Shown here piece after piece: positions 45,700 to 60,545 of a DNA stretch of 64,000 nucleotides. The notes below the pieces were generated by a model. The model was not told the DNA's origin. It made no database searches and was given only the letters and a program-made list of their open reading frames with translations. The number at the start of each line of letters is the position of its first letter. Positions within the stretch are counted from its first letter, which is position 1. Both the position numbers and the translations under genes were made by a program. The DNA is from Callorhinchus milii. Its lineage: Eukaryota. The stretch covers positions 868,001 to 932,000 of the forward strand of contig NW_024704753.1 of the NCBI RefSeq assembly GCF_018977255.1, read 5' to 3'.

Positions 45700-47400
45700 A
45701 CTTCAGACCTGGGGACGACATGACCGCGCTTCACCACATCCCTGAGCCACGCGGGTCCGCAGGTGCTCCGCTGGGAATCGGGGGGGTTGGGGTACGGCTC
45801 AGCCACGATCCAACCGAGTGGCGGAACGGGCTCGAGGGGCTGAATGGCCTCCTCCCGTTCCGATGTCAACGCGCACACGTTCGAAGCGATGCAAACGCCC
45901 CTCAAATCCGACCCCCGAACGAACTACAACTCCCAACATTCCGTGGCTCCCGCACTGACTGACCTGAGAGGCTCCGGGGGGGCAGGTTCGGCACCGCCCG
46001 CGCTTATTGACACTCGAACCTAACACCCCCCCGCGAGGGAAGCTTCACCTGAGTGAGGGCACCAACCGCCACATCGTCGACGACCGTTGGGCTCTCGAGA
46101 CAGCGGCGCCCGCGAGACCCGCCCCCCCCCACCCTCCCGCCAATCATGCGCACTCACCATCCCGCTCTGCCGCTGATTAGCCCGGGGAAGGCGCAGGGTG
46201 AGGAGGCCGGTTGACTGACGTGCCGTCCAGCCAATCGGCATCGAGCACGGCGGGAGAGTCGGGCTCTGCGATTGGTCGCTGTTGTGCACGGCGCGGAAAC
46301 TAGCCCCGCGATTGGTCCATCCCGACGGCGGGAGGAAGGTGGGACACTTCGGCTGGGCAAGGCGCGGGGCGGGGGGGAGGGGAGACAGGGCTGACTGACG
46401 TGCCGTGCAACCAATCGATATCGAGCACTGCGGCAGAGTTGGGATCGGCGATTGGCCGCGGCGAGGCACGAGACTCGCGATTGGTCTACCCCGTCGGCGG
46501 GCGGTGGGCGGGAATGCGTGCCTCCCCGGATGATTGACGCGGCGAGTGACCAATGGCGGCAGCGGCGAGACGCTGCTGGCGCAGCGCGCCCCCACAGAAA
46601 AGCTGAGTCACGCCCCTTTAGCTCGGAGCTGGCTGCGGGAGGAGCGCCGTGTGCAAACCGCGTGCGTGTGGCGCACTGACTGACTTGACTTGACCGACTG
46701 CGAGCGAGCGAGCGAGGAGGGTGAGCGGCAGTGAGACGAGCGCGGGCGGGAGGAGCGGAGCAGATAGCCCGGGTGGGGGTCTCGGAAAAAAAAAAAAAAT
46801 CAGACGTTAAATTAAAGCAGCGAAGGAAGTGCTCGGTAAGGACAAGGTGTGGGTGAGAGAGAGAGAGAGAGCGAGAGGGAGCGGGTGGCTTCGGCGCGCT
46901 TTTGAAGGCAAGGCCTCCTCGGCCGTTAGTCGGCCGTTAGTCAGCTTCTCCCCCCCCCACACCCCCGGGAGCTGAGGTAAACAAGTCGGGTTTTTTTTTG
47001 ACGGCGCACTTCGGGCCTTGCTCGTCAGGCTCGTCAACTCGACCTCGCTCTTCTCTTTTTCTTTCCTTTTCCGGGTGAGGCCCCGCCGCCTGTCAGGCGC
47101 GGGCCCCGCCGTCTTTGGGTCGGGAGCGGAGGTGGGGGCGAGGGGGGGGGTCGGTCGGTCGCTCGCTCGGGGCCTTCTGACGTGTTGGGAGCCTGGGCCT
47201 GGGCTGACCGTTAAAATGGAGGGGCCGCAGCACGTGAAGGGGAGGGAGTAGGGCCCAGCTCGGGCCCGTGTTTCCCCCTCTCTCGCCCGCCCGCCTCTGG
47301 CCTTTGCTCACCGGGCACGAGTAGAAAGTGAGGCGCGGTGGGCCGTAAAGCGGGCGGGCGGCCAGTGCAGCGATGGGAGGCCTCTCGCTTGGCACACAAC
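45700..47400. promoter_or_regulatory. CpG island / RAF1-CNBP bidirectional promoter with non-coding first exons
   Basis: Dense CpG; multiple CCAAT/ATTGG boxes, TGACGT and GC boxes. Minus-strand donor ATG|GTGAGT at 46158/46157 and plus-strand donor CG|GTAAGG at 46836. Confidence 0.8.
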
Positions 47401-50400
47401 CCCCTCCCACACACACACACACACACACACGGTGCTGGGATTTGGGGCAGTGACTACGCCCTGTGTGGTGGATGGATTGGGGGGCGAGGAGAGGATTGGG
47501 GGGGGTGAGGAGTTGGCGTGTCCCGAACCCACGGTTGGATTTTTATTGTGCGATTAAAAGAGGGAAGAAAAAAAAAGACCTTTTTGGGGGGTACTCTTTC
47601 ACGAGTCCCTCCGCCTCTTCTCGCGCGCTTCCACCCCGCCCCGAGACATGAATGAACTTGGGCGGGGGGTGGGGTGTGTGTGTGGGGGGGGGGAGAGGGG
47701 AAGGGTTAGGGTGGGAACGATGAATGTATTTTATGCGATACGCATTTTTTTTTGGTAATGTAGAAATCCCGCATTTTGTTAACGATCGCCGGGAAGTCGA
47801 GCCCCTTTCGCTGCTCGGTCGCGACTGGTTTCGGGGGCCTGGGCCTGTCGCCCCGGCCTCCCTGCCGCTCGTCTGAACCGATCCCGGCCACCGCCATGTG
47901 GGGTTGGGTGGAGGAGGGCGAAGGGTGAGATTAATTTTCGCTCTCTGCACACGGTGGCCGGGACTTTCCGTCTCCGCCGGGGTGGCTGACAACTGGGGAG
48001 GTGTACCAGTCATTCGAGTAAGTTTTCATTTGCAATGAGAGGTACTGCCATTTTACAGCCCTGTGATGCCGCTACAAGGTGTCGGGCGTGTAATCTTAGA
48101 CACGGTACTATTTTAACTGTTACTCCCCCTCCTCCCCCAAGTTTCGCATTTTTAATATCTCTTTGCGGATTTTTCTCTCCTCCAGAAGGTGTTGGCATTT
48201 GATTCCATGAACATCCTTTAGTGCCTACGTGCCCATTTCTTCATGCCTGTCCCTTGAGTAATCAGGAGTGAGATTCATTGCTGAGTTCTTCCTTTCTTGC
48301 CCAAGATGTATAGATTGTTGTCAACTTTGGATCCTTGAGATCAGCTAAATCTGTATTAACCAGCTGATTGTACATTATTTGGTACTGCATTTTACATTTT
48401 TTTATATAGCATTAAAAGTTTGGCAAACTGTTTGGATCTGGAGAGAGTGTCACCTGACATACATTTTTCAGTGAAGAACCTGGTAAAATGGTAGACGTTC
48501 AGTGCCTTTTTTTGGTAAATTTATGCAATTCTATGCTCGTGACATAATCTCCAAAACTGAACAGGATTGTATGCAAAGATAGAAATGTTCCATCAGGTTT
48601 GAGTTTTTTTGAGTGATGTTGGGAGCTCCATGTTGGCTGCATTGGATTAAAGGGTAGGTAGAATAGTGCAGTGTGTATTTTATTGGCAAGGCAGGTTTGA
48701 ACCTGGCATACTAATTACCGATTGACCAGGACACTTAAAGATTTATGATATCAGTCTATTTGGAACAAAAATGTACATGGAACAGATCACTAGAGTTATT
48801 GTTTGTCACAGGATGGCAAAGCACTAACCTTACTTGTAAGTTCCCATTTTGACCAGTTCACAGAACTCTGGAAAAGTGAATAAATCTGTAGTTATTTCAA
48901 TGGTGGATCATATCAATGTTAAATTAACAGCAATGGTGATTAACAATATAATTATGGAAGGCCAGTTGGTTTGGGTATGATCAAGAGGGACACATTTAAG
49001 TAAGTTTAAATGCAGCTGAAAGATTGTTTGTAACCAAATGAAAATGGTTAAGATTAACTTTGTAAGTAGCTCTAGAAAAACAATTGACCTGTGATTCTGT
49101 TTAATTTGAAGACTTGTAAATACTTAACTCCTGTTTTATGTGGTTGATGTAGTGAAAGAGTGGCTGTGGCCTTGCAGAAATTATCATAGCCAGAATTTAA
49201 AATCTAAATATCCACAATGGGATCTTGTTTTTTTTAAAACCCATTCTCTTCTTATACTGAGGAAAGTAGCATTGAAACTTATCCAGTGAATGTATTGAAT
49301 ACAGGAAGGTTCACCTCCAAGGAACATCTGTGTATAAAGGTGCAGAAACTGAAAGTGGTTCTGCTGCTTGCCAGTTAGTCAACCAAATGTCAAAAATATT
49401 TTTGTTAGTGATAAATTTACTGCGTGTATATCTTTTTCATCATCATCATTTGGTGTAGCAATCACATTCTGTGCGATGGAGTCTGAATCTAAAGTTCAGC
49501 TTGGTCATACTACAGTATAACTAACTTTTTAAATGGTCCATCCATCTCATCCATTGTCTTGGTCTATCAAGGGCCGCTTACAAATGTTGTGATCCCAAAC
49601 AACGTGCTTGTGATTGCTCACACAATTGTGTCCTGGTTCCAATCAGGCTGTTTTTGGCATTCCCAAAGATAAATTAGACATTTGCCTATAGGAATACACC
49701 AAGGCAAAATATTCTATGGAGCCCTTCATTTGGGGTGACCTTATCTACTCATGGAATTCTCTTGTAGCAGTGCTGAACCTAAACATCCCACAGTTTAAAA
49801 ATTAGCTTTAAATGGAAATTCTACTGAGCAGAACAATGAGTATCTTTGCATTCAACAAACTATACAAAATGTATAGATGCTGTAAGGATACTTTTTGTGA
49901 TGGTTGTCTTGTTTTACCTAAAATCCTGCCATTTTAAAAAAATCTAGTTTATAGAAGATCCTGTGAAGTGCTTTGAAACATCTCAACCAAGTGATGAGGC
50001 GCTATATCAAATGAAGGGATTAAATTATTATCCTACGTTAACAGTATTATAAATGCAAATAGTTCCTTGTTAAAGTTGCTAGTCTGTACTATCATGCCTG
50101 AACTCCCTCAAGTGCATTATAAGTTTGATATTCTTGCGTGCATTGGCTCTAAATGAAAGATATGAGCTTTCATATCCCTTGGACTGTTTAGCGTTGTTGC
50201 TTGCTGGTAAAGCCTGCGATAATGTTGGTTTGGATATTTGCAATTTCAAATGATCCCAAATTATTTGATGCTGCAATGCTAAGTTATAGAGCTGGTATTC
50301 TGGAATGATGAGGTCAGAGGCACTTTTTCATTTCAACTTAAGGGCGGGCCTATGTGTCATCATTAAAAAAAACTTATTCCAATGGTTGAGTTAGTAACCC

Positions 50401-51309
50401 ACTGTACAGTGAGAAGCTGACAAAGCAGACCTGGTAGGCCCCAGGCCAGTTCCAAATATGTGATGAGTCTGGGCAGAAGGATCTGGGGCACTGACCTTGA
50501 TGCCCTCCGGGGGGAAACTGAGCCAGGGTTCCTGATCACTATCCAGTTACCTCTATGGGCTGGATGGTGTTCAGCTGTGTTGTACCCTTCACTTGAATAT
50601 CTTGCCAATACTGTCTGGTTTTGCAAATGAGGAATTACCACTTCAGCAAGATACCAGAAGGCAGCTGATGCCTGTAGAAACATACCCTTTATGAGTTAAT
50701 GCCTTCAGAATTGTTTCAGTCATCTGTTGCCTGAAAGTGCTGGAAATAACATTCTGATGAATCTATAAGCTATTCCACATAAATCATAATTAATGCCATT
50801 TGTGTTTCTCAGAAGGCTTTTATCATTTCTGTTCTGAGATGTGCAATTGTATGCAGCTTGCTCAGGGTGGTTTTGAATCTGCATCTTTACAGTATGTTTT
50901 TAAAATAAAATCACAGAACAAAAGGTGGGGTACACTGTTTTCTATGCTGCTTACTCCCCACTGCCCAAAGTTATCCTGAGGATAACTTGGGGCAATTTTG
51001 CTGAGTTGTCAACAGTTCTCTGGTGTGTTACTCAAGTTGGTGTTTTTCATGAATTGACTGTAAGGAAGCTGTTTGGCTTGGGAAGAAGGAATTGCTGTTT
51101 TAATCTTGCCCACGCCCAGCATGTATCAGCAGGCATCACTTGGCAATGATCGTGTTTTTTTTCTTTAACGCTCCCTGACTGAATGCTGAGGAAAATTGCA
51201 GCATTCAGTGTTTTCTGTGCTGAGATTAGTTGACTTAAACCTCCAAACTGGGCAAAAAATATGTTGGCTCTGTACCCACTGAGAAACTGGGTAGCTAAAT
51301 ATTAAACAA

Positions 51310-51420
51310 GAGGAAAAATACTGTAGATGCTGGAAATCTGAAATAAAAACAGAAGTCATTTGGAGCATTCAGCAGGTCAGGCATCTACGGAGAGAGGAAA
51401 GTGAGTTAATGTTTCAGGTT
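51310..51420 (-). mobile_element. Penelope-like terminal fragment
   Basis: Similar to the arms at 20730-21155 (GCAGGTCAGGCA..GTTAATGTTTCAGG). Confidence 0.55.
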
Positions 51421-51473
51421 ATTTTTAATGAATCTGAACCTCATTTGTCTTTTCAGACTGACCAGAATTCATC

Positions 51474-53267
<1,794 letters not shown>

Positions 53268-53700
53268 ACCTTAATTTGTTGCCCCTCCTTTTCTGATTGA
53301 TGGTTGTATTATTTCCTCTGAATCCTCTTCACTGGCCAAAGGTTGGCAGATAGAGGCTAGTCCCAGGCCAGTGAGCTTTACTCAAAATGTCAAAGGATGA
53401 AAGGGGTAGAAATCGACTTTCTGCATTTAACTACAAATGTTTATGTTTAGTTTGGTAGAGGTGTTATGTATAATGCTTTGTAAAAGAACCCCCTTTCCAT
53501 TGCCACTGGTGAATAGGGATTAATGAGTGGGAAGAGATGAGTCAGATCAGGAACCCTTTCCTGGGTTCTGGAAGTGATTCTGTGTGAGAGGAAACCAAAC
53601 CTGGAAGTGTCTGTGAAAACTTCCGCATGTGATTTCTTAAAACGTTGGCCTTTGAATTGTTTGACCTTGGAAGCAGTTCATTAATAAAAACCGACACCTG
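53268..53700 (+). other. CNBP 3' UTR with stem-loop and AATAAA at ~53683
   Basis: Follows the stop codon; TCACTGGCC/GGCCAGTGA inverted pair; resembles the mammalian CNBP 3' UTR as I recall it. Confidence 0.7.
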
Positions 53701-56700
53701 TATCGGGCCTTTGTAAACAGCTGAGTGTGAGTACATGGTAAACGAGATACAAAGAGCAAACCTGTCTACAGCTGAAAAGAGCAGGTGTTTTAACAAAAAG
53801 CATACGAGTAAGCAGCTTCCAGTAGCTGAAACCCGATAGTGTTGGAGATACAGATGTTCAAGCAGAGGTTTGAGTAATTTTTTGAATGTAGTTTAGGAAC
53901 TTACTATACCCATTATGAAATAGCGTAACAGAAACACATAGCAGACAGGATTGGAACTACACAACAGCAGTTGAATGTGTTTTCACAGAAATCAAGATGT
54001 TATTTTTGTATAATATTACAATTAGACTACTGTAAAGAATCATTTGCTTGAAATCAGTTTTTTTGACAGAAGGTGAAAGCAACTGAAGACCTAGAACTAT
54101 AGAAATGTAATTTTAAACTATCAATAAAGCTGGAGGAGGAAGGGGAAAGCTGCTCTGTGTGGTCTGATTTCACATTGCTTGGATAGTAATGCACCATAAC
54201 ATCTGGCTGACCAGAGAGATCATTTACAAAGGCCGGGAATCTTGACACAGCTCACTGGTTGCACTACTGAAGAGCCGACCAGACGCGGGGATGCTTTTAT
54301 ATTGGAAAATAGAACCAGAGCATTAGACCCCATGACTGCACATCTCGGTAGTAAATCTATCTCACAAACTTAACTCCTCACCTTTGATTTAGGCAAACAT
54401 GTCATTAGTAGATATTGATGAGATGGCTTCAGAAATTCAGGTAGTTTTTAAGTAAAATAATGAAAATGCATTGTTTTTTTTTCTCCCATTGGGTATTTGT
54501 TTAGAAATGTTCACTCCTGCTACAACTTGCACTTATATAGCGCCCTCCATGCAAGGTAGCCTTTCAGTGCTTTGAACAGTGACGGAGCTGGGGGAGGGGA
54601 AGTGGCCGTAAGCATAGTCTAAGAAGAAGGTTTTCACTCTTATTAGCACGTCACTGTTAATAGGGTTATATAATTGATACAGTATGAACAGTCAGTGGGA
54701 TCTCCGCTCACTGTAAGTGACCGCAGTGAGTAAAGGAAATAAGATGTTGGGTTCCATTGCTACATCTGTTATCTTTAGATCCTTAATTTACAGTGCTCTA
54801 GTTCACACTACGTGTATAGCCATCTGACATAAGCCCATAAGGGTGTAGGTCTTAGAGCAATGAGGCTGATCGGAGGGATGAACTGAGCAACAAACATACA
54901 TTTTGGAAAGCAATGGATAGAAGACAAAATAATTTTCATTTAAGAAATAATGTGTTGTGCGAGCAGGGAATTGCTGTTCGCTTGAGCTGTGTTCCCGGTG
55001 CAAAGCGAGCTGTTTACCAGCAGTCAGTAGGAACCTGCTTGTTAGTCAATTGGCAGATCACATTCCAGGGCTAATAATCCTTCAAAAAAAATTGGTCCCT
55101 TCAATCCATGAGTGGGGACGCCACTGGGCGCAGTTGGTTGCAGTGTTTTGCCTACAAAACACACAGTAGCTACACTTTACAGTGTCCTGTGAAACCCTTT
55201 GAGACGTCTCAAAGATGTGATTGTGCATTACTATAACAATATAATCAGACTTAACACATTGTACAGTGGCAGGGCAAAAACCTTTTACAATATGGGTCAC
55301 TTCAATCTACAACTGTTTGTGTGGACGTCGCAGTGTGCAATTGGCTGCTGCATTTTGCCCACAAATATACAGTCAATTCACTGTACAGTGTATTCTGTGA
55401 AGTGCTTTCAGATGTCTAGAAGATGTGAAAAGTGCTATATCAAATGCAAAGATTATTATATAATGAGTTACTGTGGATGTGCAGTAGATCACCGATTGTC
55501 CACCGTTCGACCAGTCTACTTGTCAATATGGAGGGGTTTAGAATGCAGTAAATAGAAACTTTTTATTGGTTGGTAACAATACAGTATAAATTTAGGATTA
55601 TTACCCAGCAATGGTGGAATTAACACATTAGTGGGACATGGACATACCCTGGTTTCTTGTCCAATTTTAGAAATACATGGTTCTATACAGTTCCAATAGG
55701 TTGTAAGCATCCAATCAGCACTGGCACACAACCAGGTGAAATTTAACCATGTGCAACTGGAAAATTAGCCCAGAGTTGGCACCATGAGAGAGGAACTTGG
55801 AGACACAGGTTGAGGACACCCGCAAATGGCAATAGAATGAAGGCAAGTGCTTAACAGTGAAGCGTTACCTGCTTCAAACCCTTCCATTTCCATGCATACC
55901 ACCTACACATGAAAATCCCAGAGGTAGATTGTTGGAATGACATGTGCTCTCTCTCACACTCTCCCCTGGAGGGTCACATCCTGTTTACCTAATTCCAGTG
56001 AGCGTTAGGCACAGGCTGGCCAGAGCCAAGGTTACCATCAGGAATGTGATCCCTCTTTCCAGGAGCAACACCTTGCAATCTTCATGCGAGTGTCACTGTG
56101 CCACGCCAATGAAGGGAGGGACGAGCCAGTTGTGAAAGGCTCTTATATTTGATGTGTTGGTACATGAAAGGAATAGAGTGAAATGTAAAGGCAGGACTGG
56201 GCTGTAAGGCCAGCACTGATCCCGTCACTTCCAGCTCGGGTTTCAGCGGTAAAAAACATCGCTTAACAATAATAATCCTCGCATTTGATACAGCACCTCA
56301 CCGCGTCTTCCAAGACGTCTCAAAGCGCTTCCCAGGATACACTGTAAAGTGCGTTGACTATATTTTGTGGGCGAAACCCGGCAGCCAATTGCGCACAGCA
56401 GCGTCCCCACAAGCAGTCGTGGATTAAGCGACCAAATTATTATTTTTATTTGAAGGGATTATTACTCACTTGTTTTAGCCCCCGTCAGCGCTCCGATACT
56501 AAGCAGAGCTCTATCACTGAAAAAATAGTTGTGTGACCGTACGACTGAGTGGGTAATGAGGTCAGTCTGTCACTGGAGTACTCGCATTCATACTCGACAC
56601 ATGATACAGTACCCTCACCGGCAGTCATTGCCTCCCTGTGCAGGAGGAATGCCACAGCAAAGCACATAGAACCAGCAGTCAGGTACATGGCAGAGACCTG

Positions 56701-57196
56701 TGATGTGAACAAGTCTGGATATAAACAACGATGGAACAAAATGGTAGGAGATCCAACCCAACCCGCCCTGTGCTTCCCACTCCTTACAAACCCACGACCT
56801 CCCTTCGCTTCACACACTGATTAAATTATTCGATGGCCCTCTTATTTCTTTTTTAATATATATGAAAATAAGGTGTTTTTTTTTCGCGCAGGTAAGTCGG
56901 GGCTATTCAGTTTGAGGACTCTCTATTGGGGCAACGCAGCACTGTTAACTCTTTATGTCACCTGTGAATTTAGCTGAATTATCTGAAACCAAAGTCGGTG
57001 CAGTTTAAAGAGACTAAAATCTCATCGCTGCGCAAAACACCGCTGCGGGTGACCTGTAGAAGCTTTCTTGCCGGGTTAGTTACCTGGAGTTGGGAGGACC
57101 GCGCGATGTGCGGTGTTTAAACTCCCGGAATATATTTAAAGCTGTCGATCTGCCCCCAGTTGTGTGTGTGTGTGTGTGTGTGAGAGAGAGTGAGAT

Positions 57197-60100
57197 ATGC
57201 TGAGTTCCAGCACAAACAGCCACAGCTATTGCGAGCTGAAGCTGACTAATCGTTCGGTAGTTTTCTCAGCAGCTTGCGGCAAGGTGAGGCTGCTGGGGAG
57301 GGCGGCCCCGCCGGGGGGGAGGCAGGTGTGTGCCCCGGGGGAGAGGCGGGGGGGAGCCGGGGAGGTGGACCGCAACAGCCACTCTCTCAACTTGCCGACG
57401 CCATCGGACGCGGTGGGAATCTCTGCGGAAACTCCTGTGAAGCGGCAGCCGGACAGAGGGACTGACCGTGAGGTACTGTCTCCACAACTGGACGCCACGT
57501 CAAGTCACCAAACGGTTGGGGATGTCTCTGACGGCTCTGTGGACACAGCAGTGGATGATGACAGTGGACAAGAAACAGAGGAGGAGAGCACATGGCTGAA
57601 GTGGGGCAGTCTGGCTCTGACGCTTGAGGCAGCTCCTGAGTGTGAGGTGAGCACTGAGGGGTGTCCTGGCCAGACTGGAGGGGAGCCAGGCGGGTGGTCA
57701 GACACAGGAGATACCTTGGGACCAGTTGACCCACAAGAGGAGATTATAAGAGCTCCTGAGAGCGACCAGGCCGCGGTAAATGTGGATGTTACACTTGATG
57801 ACAAGCAGATCACACGGCCCGAAGCTGCTGATGAGGATGGACTGAGATGGACAGAGGCATCTGATCAGGTTCAAGCCGATAGCTTCACAGAAGCTCACAA
57901 AGAGCTCACACCTGATGCATCGATTACCGCTGAGGCTAATGGAGAAATCGATTCATTTCAATCACCTCAAGGGGTCGGAGATGGGGTGGGATTCTCCCCC
58001 CAGCCCAAGGCACTTGGCCAGGGTGTTGCCCCGAACATAGAGCAGGGACAGGGGGAGAGGAGGGACATCTCAGGCTCCTCTGCCCCGACTTTGGAGGATC
58101 TGACTGAGGAGATCGCGGGGATCAGACAGAATGAAGCCTGGAGCCAGACTGAGATCAGACTGCTGGTGAGGAAGCTGGAGGAGTCCAGCTGTCAGGTTGA
58201 TAGTCTCCAGCGGGAGTTGGCCACAGAGAGGGAGAGGACCGGGCTGTATGTGGAGAGGATGGGAGTCCTGGAGAGGGAGGTGGGCGGCAGCTCGGCTCTG
58301 GCGGAGGTGCTGTCTGAGTGCAGGTGCAAAGTGGAACAGTTTGAGGAACTGAAAGAATCGTCAGAAGAGCTGGTGTACAAAGTAAGTAAAGTATATCTTT
58401 ATACTTTGCTCCATCTCATTGACTTTTCTGGTTACTGGGGTGGGTGGGGTGGGAGCACTTCTCCAATGACTTACTATGAGCGTATTTAAGTGACTACAGT
58501 AAACCTCACATAAGTCGTATCAGCTGGAATCATACATTTAACAAAGTCTTATGACAAAGTTGCTTAAGTCGTAACATGACGAATACACAACAACAAATTA
58601 CATTTGTACAGCGCCTTTCACGAGTCGTGTATTATAAAAGCTACCGATGTACACTTTCAATTCTAGTTGGTGTCGTCGTTTGCTTTTAATAATAATTTGC
58701 TGTGTTTCCTCAAAGGTCCTCGACAATAAAGCCATAGATTACATTTCAGGAATCTTTCACGATTATCTGCGTTATAGGGTCACTGATCAATCACACAGTA
58801 AAGGGTATTCAACCACATGAACCTTATCACAAAGGGTGGCTGGTATCTGGCAGGACTGGATGCCAGTGTGCCAACAGACGCAACGACCCTGCCAGCCTCC
58901 TCAGCCCAGCTCTCAGTTTGTGGCAACGTGGCTGCAAACAATGTCCTCATTTCTGGATTGAAAGAAATTCAAATGACGTTATTATTATTATTATTATTTG
59001 AAAATAGAAGAATTATTATTATGATTATTACTTGGAAATAGAAGTTTGTAATTAAGTGGTCTAGAGATATGAAATACAAAATTCAACACTTTCATATTGT
59101 TATGCTGTTCCATTGATTCTTTTTTTAAAAAAAAACCTCCATCACTTTTCTTCTTGCCAAATGTCTGTCCTTGTCTGCTGAAGGTGCTGAGGCAGTTTTT
59201 CAGGAGCCAGCAATCTGTGGTTAGATGTTGGGAGTACTGCCAGCAAACTATTCCACCGTGGAGATCATAGATGTGACTGATCGTGTCCTCAACTGATATT
59301 CATACACATTCACTCTCCAGCAGAGTCCAGTGGGCAGCCACCCTGAGTGTATGTTTCCCCACACTTGCCCATCCCAGGGCACTGACATCAATGTAGAACT
59401 GCTCTGATGGGAGATCTGCTAACTCAGCACAGACGTTGTGGTCTCTCTGCCTTTATGGTCATATCGTTTATAAAAAAACCTCTAAATATCATGTGTTGAA
59501 GTTGAGCTCAGCTGCGGTCACATTGTTTGCATGTTTGTTGGGTTGGGTCCCAAGGCACCACTGACGTTCAGTCCTGCCAAGCACCTCTGTGATAAGAGAC
59601 TTGTATTTGATGGAACACAAGTATACAGTCAATTTACTTTACAGTATATTCTGTGAAGCGCTTTGAGACGCCTAGAACACGTGAAAGCGCTATATCAAAT
59701 GCAAGGATTATTATTATTATAACTGATAACTTGGAGGAGGTGAAAACATGATTGTAACATTCACCAACCGAGACACTCAAGTCCAGAGAGCAAAACTGGC
59801 TGCTCGTTACACAGAAACCATTCAAGGAAAAGTCTGAACAAGACAAGGGAGTCAGCTCATGTGGATTTTCTCTGCTCTAGTTCCAGGAGTCCAAGGAGAC
59901 TGCAGTTCACTTAAGGGAGAGAATTACAGAACTGGAATCTCAGAATGTTATCAAGGAACGCAGAATAAAGGAGCTACGACATCAGTTGTCTGAATGCAGG
60001 AAAACCGTGGAGATTGCCCCGGTGCCAAGGCAGGCCAGCACCTTGAATGGAAGTGGGCTAGAAATGGTGGAGGAAGAGACACCGAAGCAGCGATGTTCCA

Positions 60101-60213
60101 GCAGAAGAAACGGACATGCAGTTTCAGCCTCCACCCAGCCCCAGAGAAGGCAATCTGCTGCTCACTCAGCACAGCCACCCACAGACACTACAAAAGTCTG
60201 TATCATTCTATGA
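57197..60213 (+). CDS. Uncharacterised ~505-aa acidic/disordered plus coiled-coil protein with C-terminal CaaX (CIIL); 2 exons, start uncertain
   Basis: Non-repetitive open frame 57197-58381 ends at a phase-0 AAA|GTAAGT donor. Acceptor TTTTCTCTGCTCTAG precedes 59881; exon 59881-60213 continues the heptad pattern (FQESKETAVHLRERITELESQNVIKERRIKELRHQLSEC) and ends TKVCIIL*. TATA-like TATATTTAAA at 57131-57140. Confidence 0.75.
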
Positions 60214-60254
60214 CTGGAAGAAACGGGGTCAACGTTTTGTGAACTAACACGTTG

Positions 60255-60545
60255 TGGAGTCCTGTAGCGTAATGGTTAGAGCACTCCCCTCACAAGCGAG
60301 AGGATAAGGGTTCGATTCCCGGCAGGGCGAAGCGTTGGCCAAGTTTCCTTACTCTACACACCACAAAAATGCGATCACTTTAATCCACAACTGTTTGTAG
60401 GAAATGAAGTGCGCAATTGGCTGACTCATTTCACCCACAAAAATATACAGTCAATTCACTTTACAGTATATTCTGCGAAGCCCTCTGAAACATCTCGAAG
60501 ACATGATAAGGTGCTTTATTAAATGGAGGGATTATTATTATTATT
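60255..60545 (+). mobile_element. tRNA-derived SINE
   Basis: GTGGAGTCCTGTAGCGTAATGGTTAGAGC..GGGTTCGATTCCCGG head, internal deletion, family tail. Confidence 0.8.

Noticed and set aside
50300-50425. Possible C/D box snoRNA (ATGATGA...CTGA) in CNBP intron 1
   Set aside because: No terminal stem or recognisable guide sequence, and it overlaps an old repeat fragment.
46836-51456. DM2-type (CCTG)n repeat in CNBP intron 1
   Set aside because: No such repeat is visible in this intron.
60255-60330. tRNA-like sequences (also ~11240-11304, 15750-15820, 28670-28745, 39680-39755)
   Set aside because: No proper acceptor stem, variable anticodons, and each continues into the same SINE body, so they are SINE heads rather than tRNA genes.
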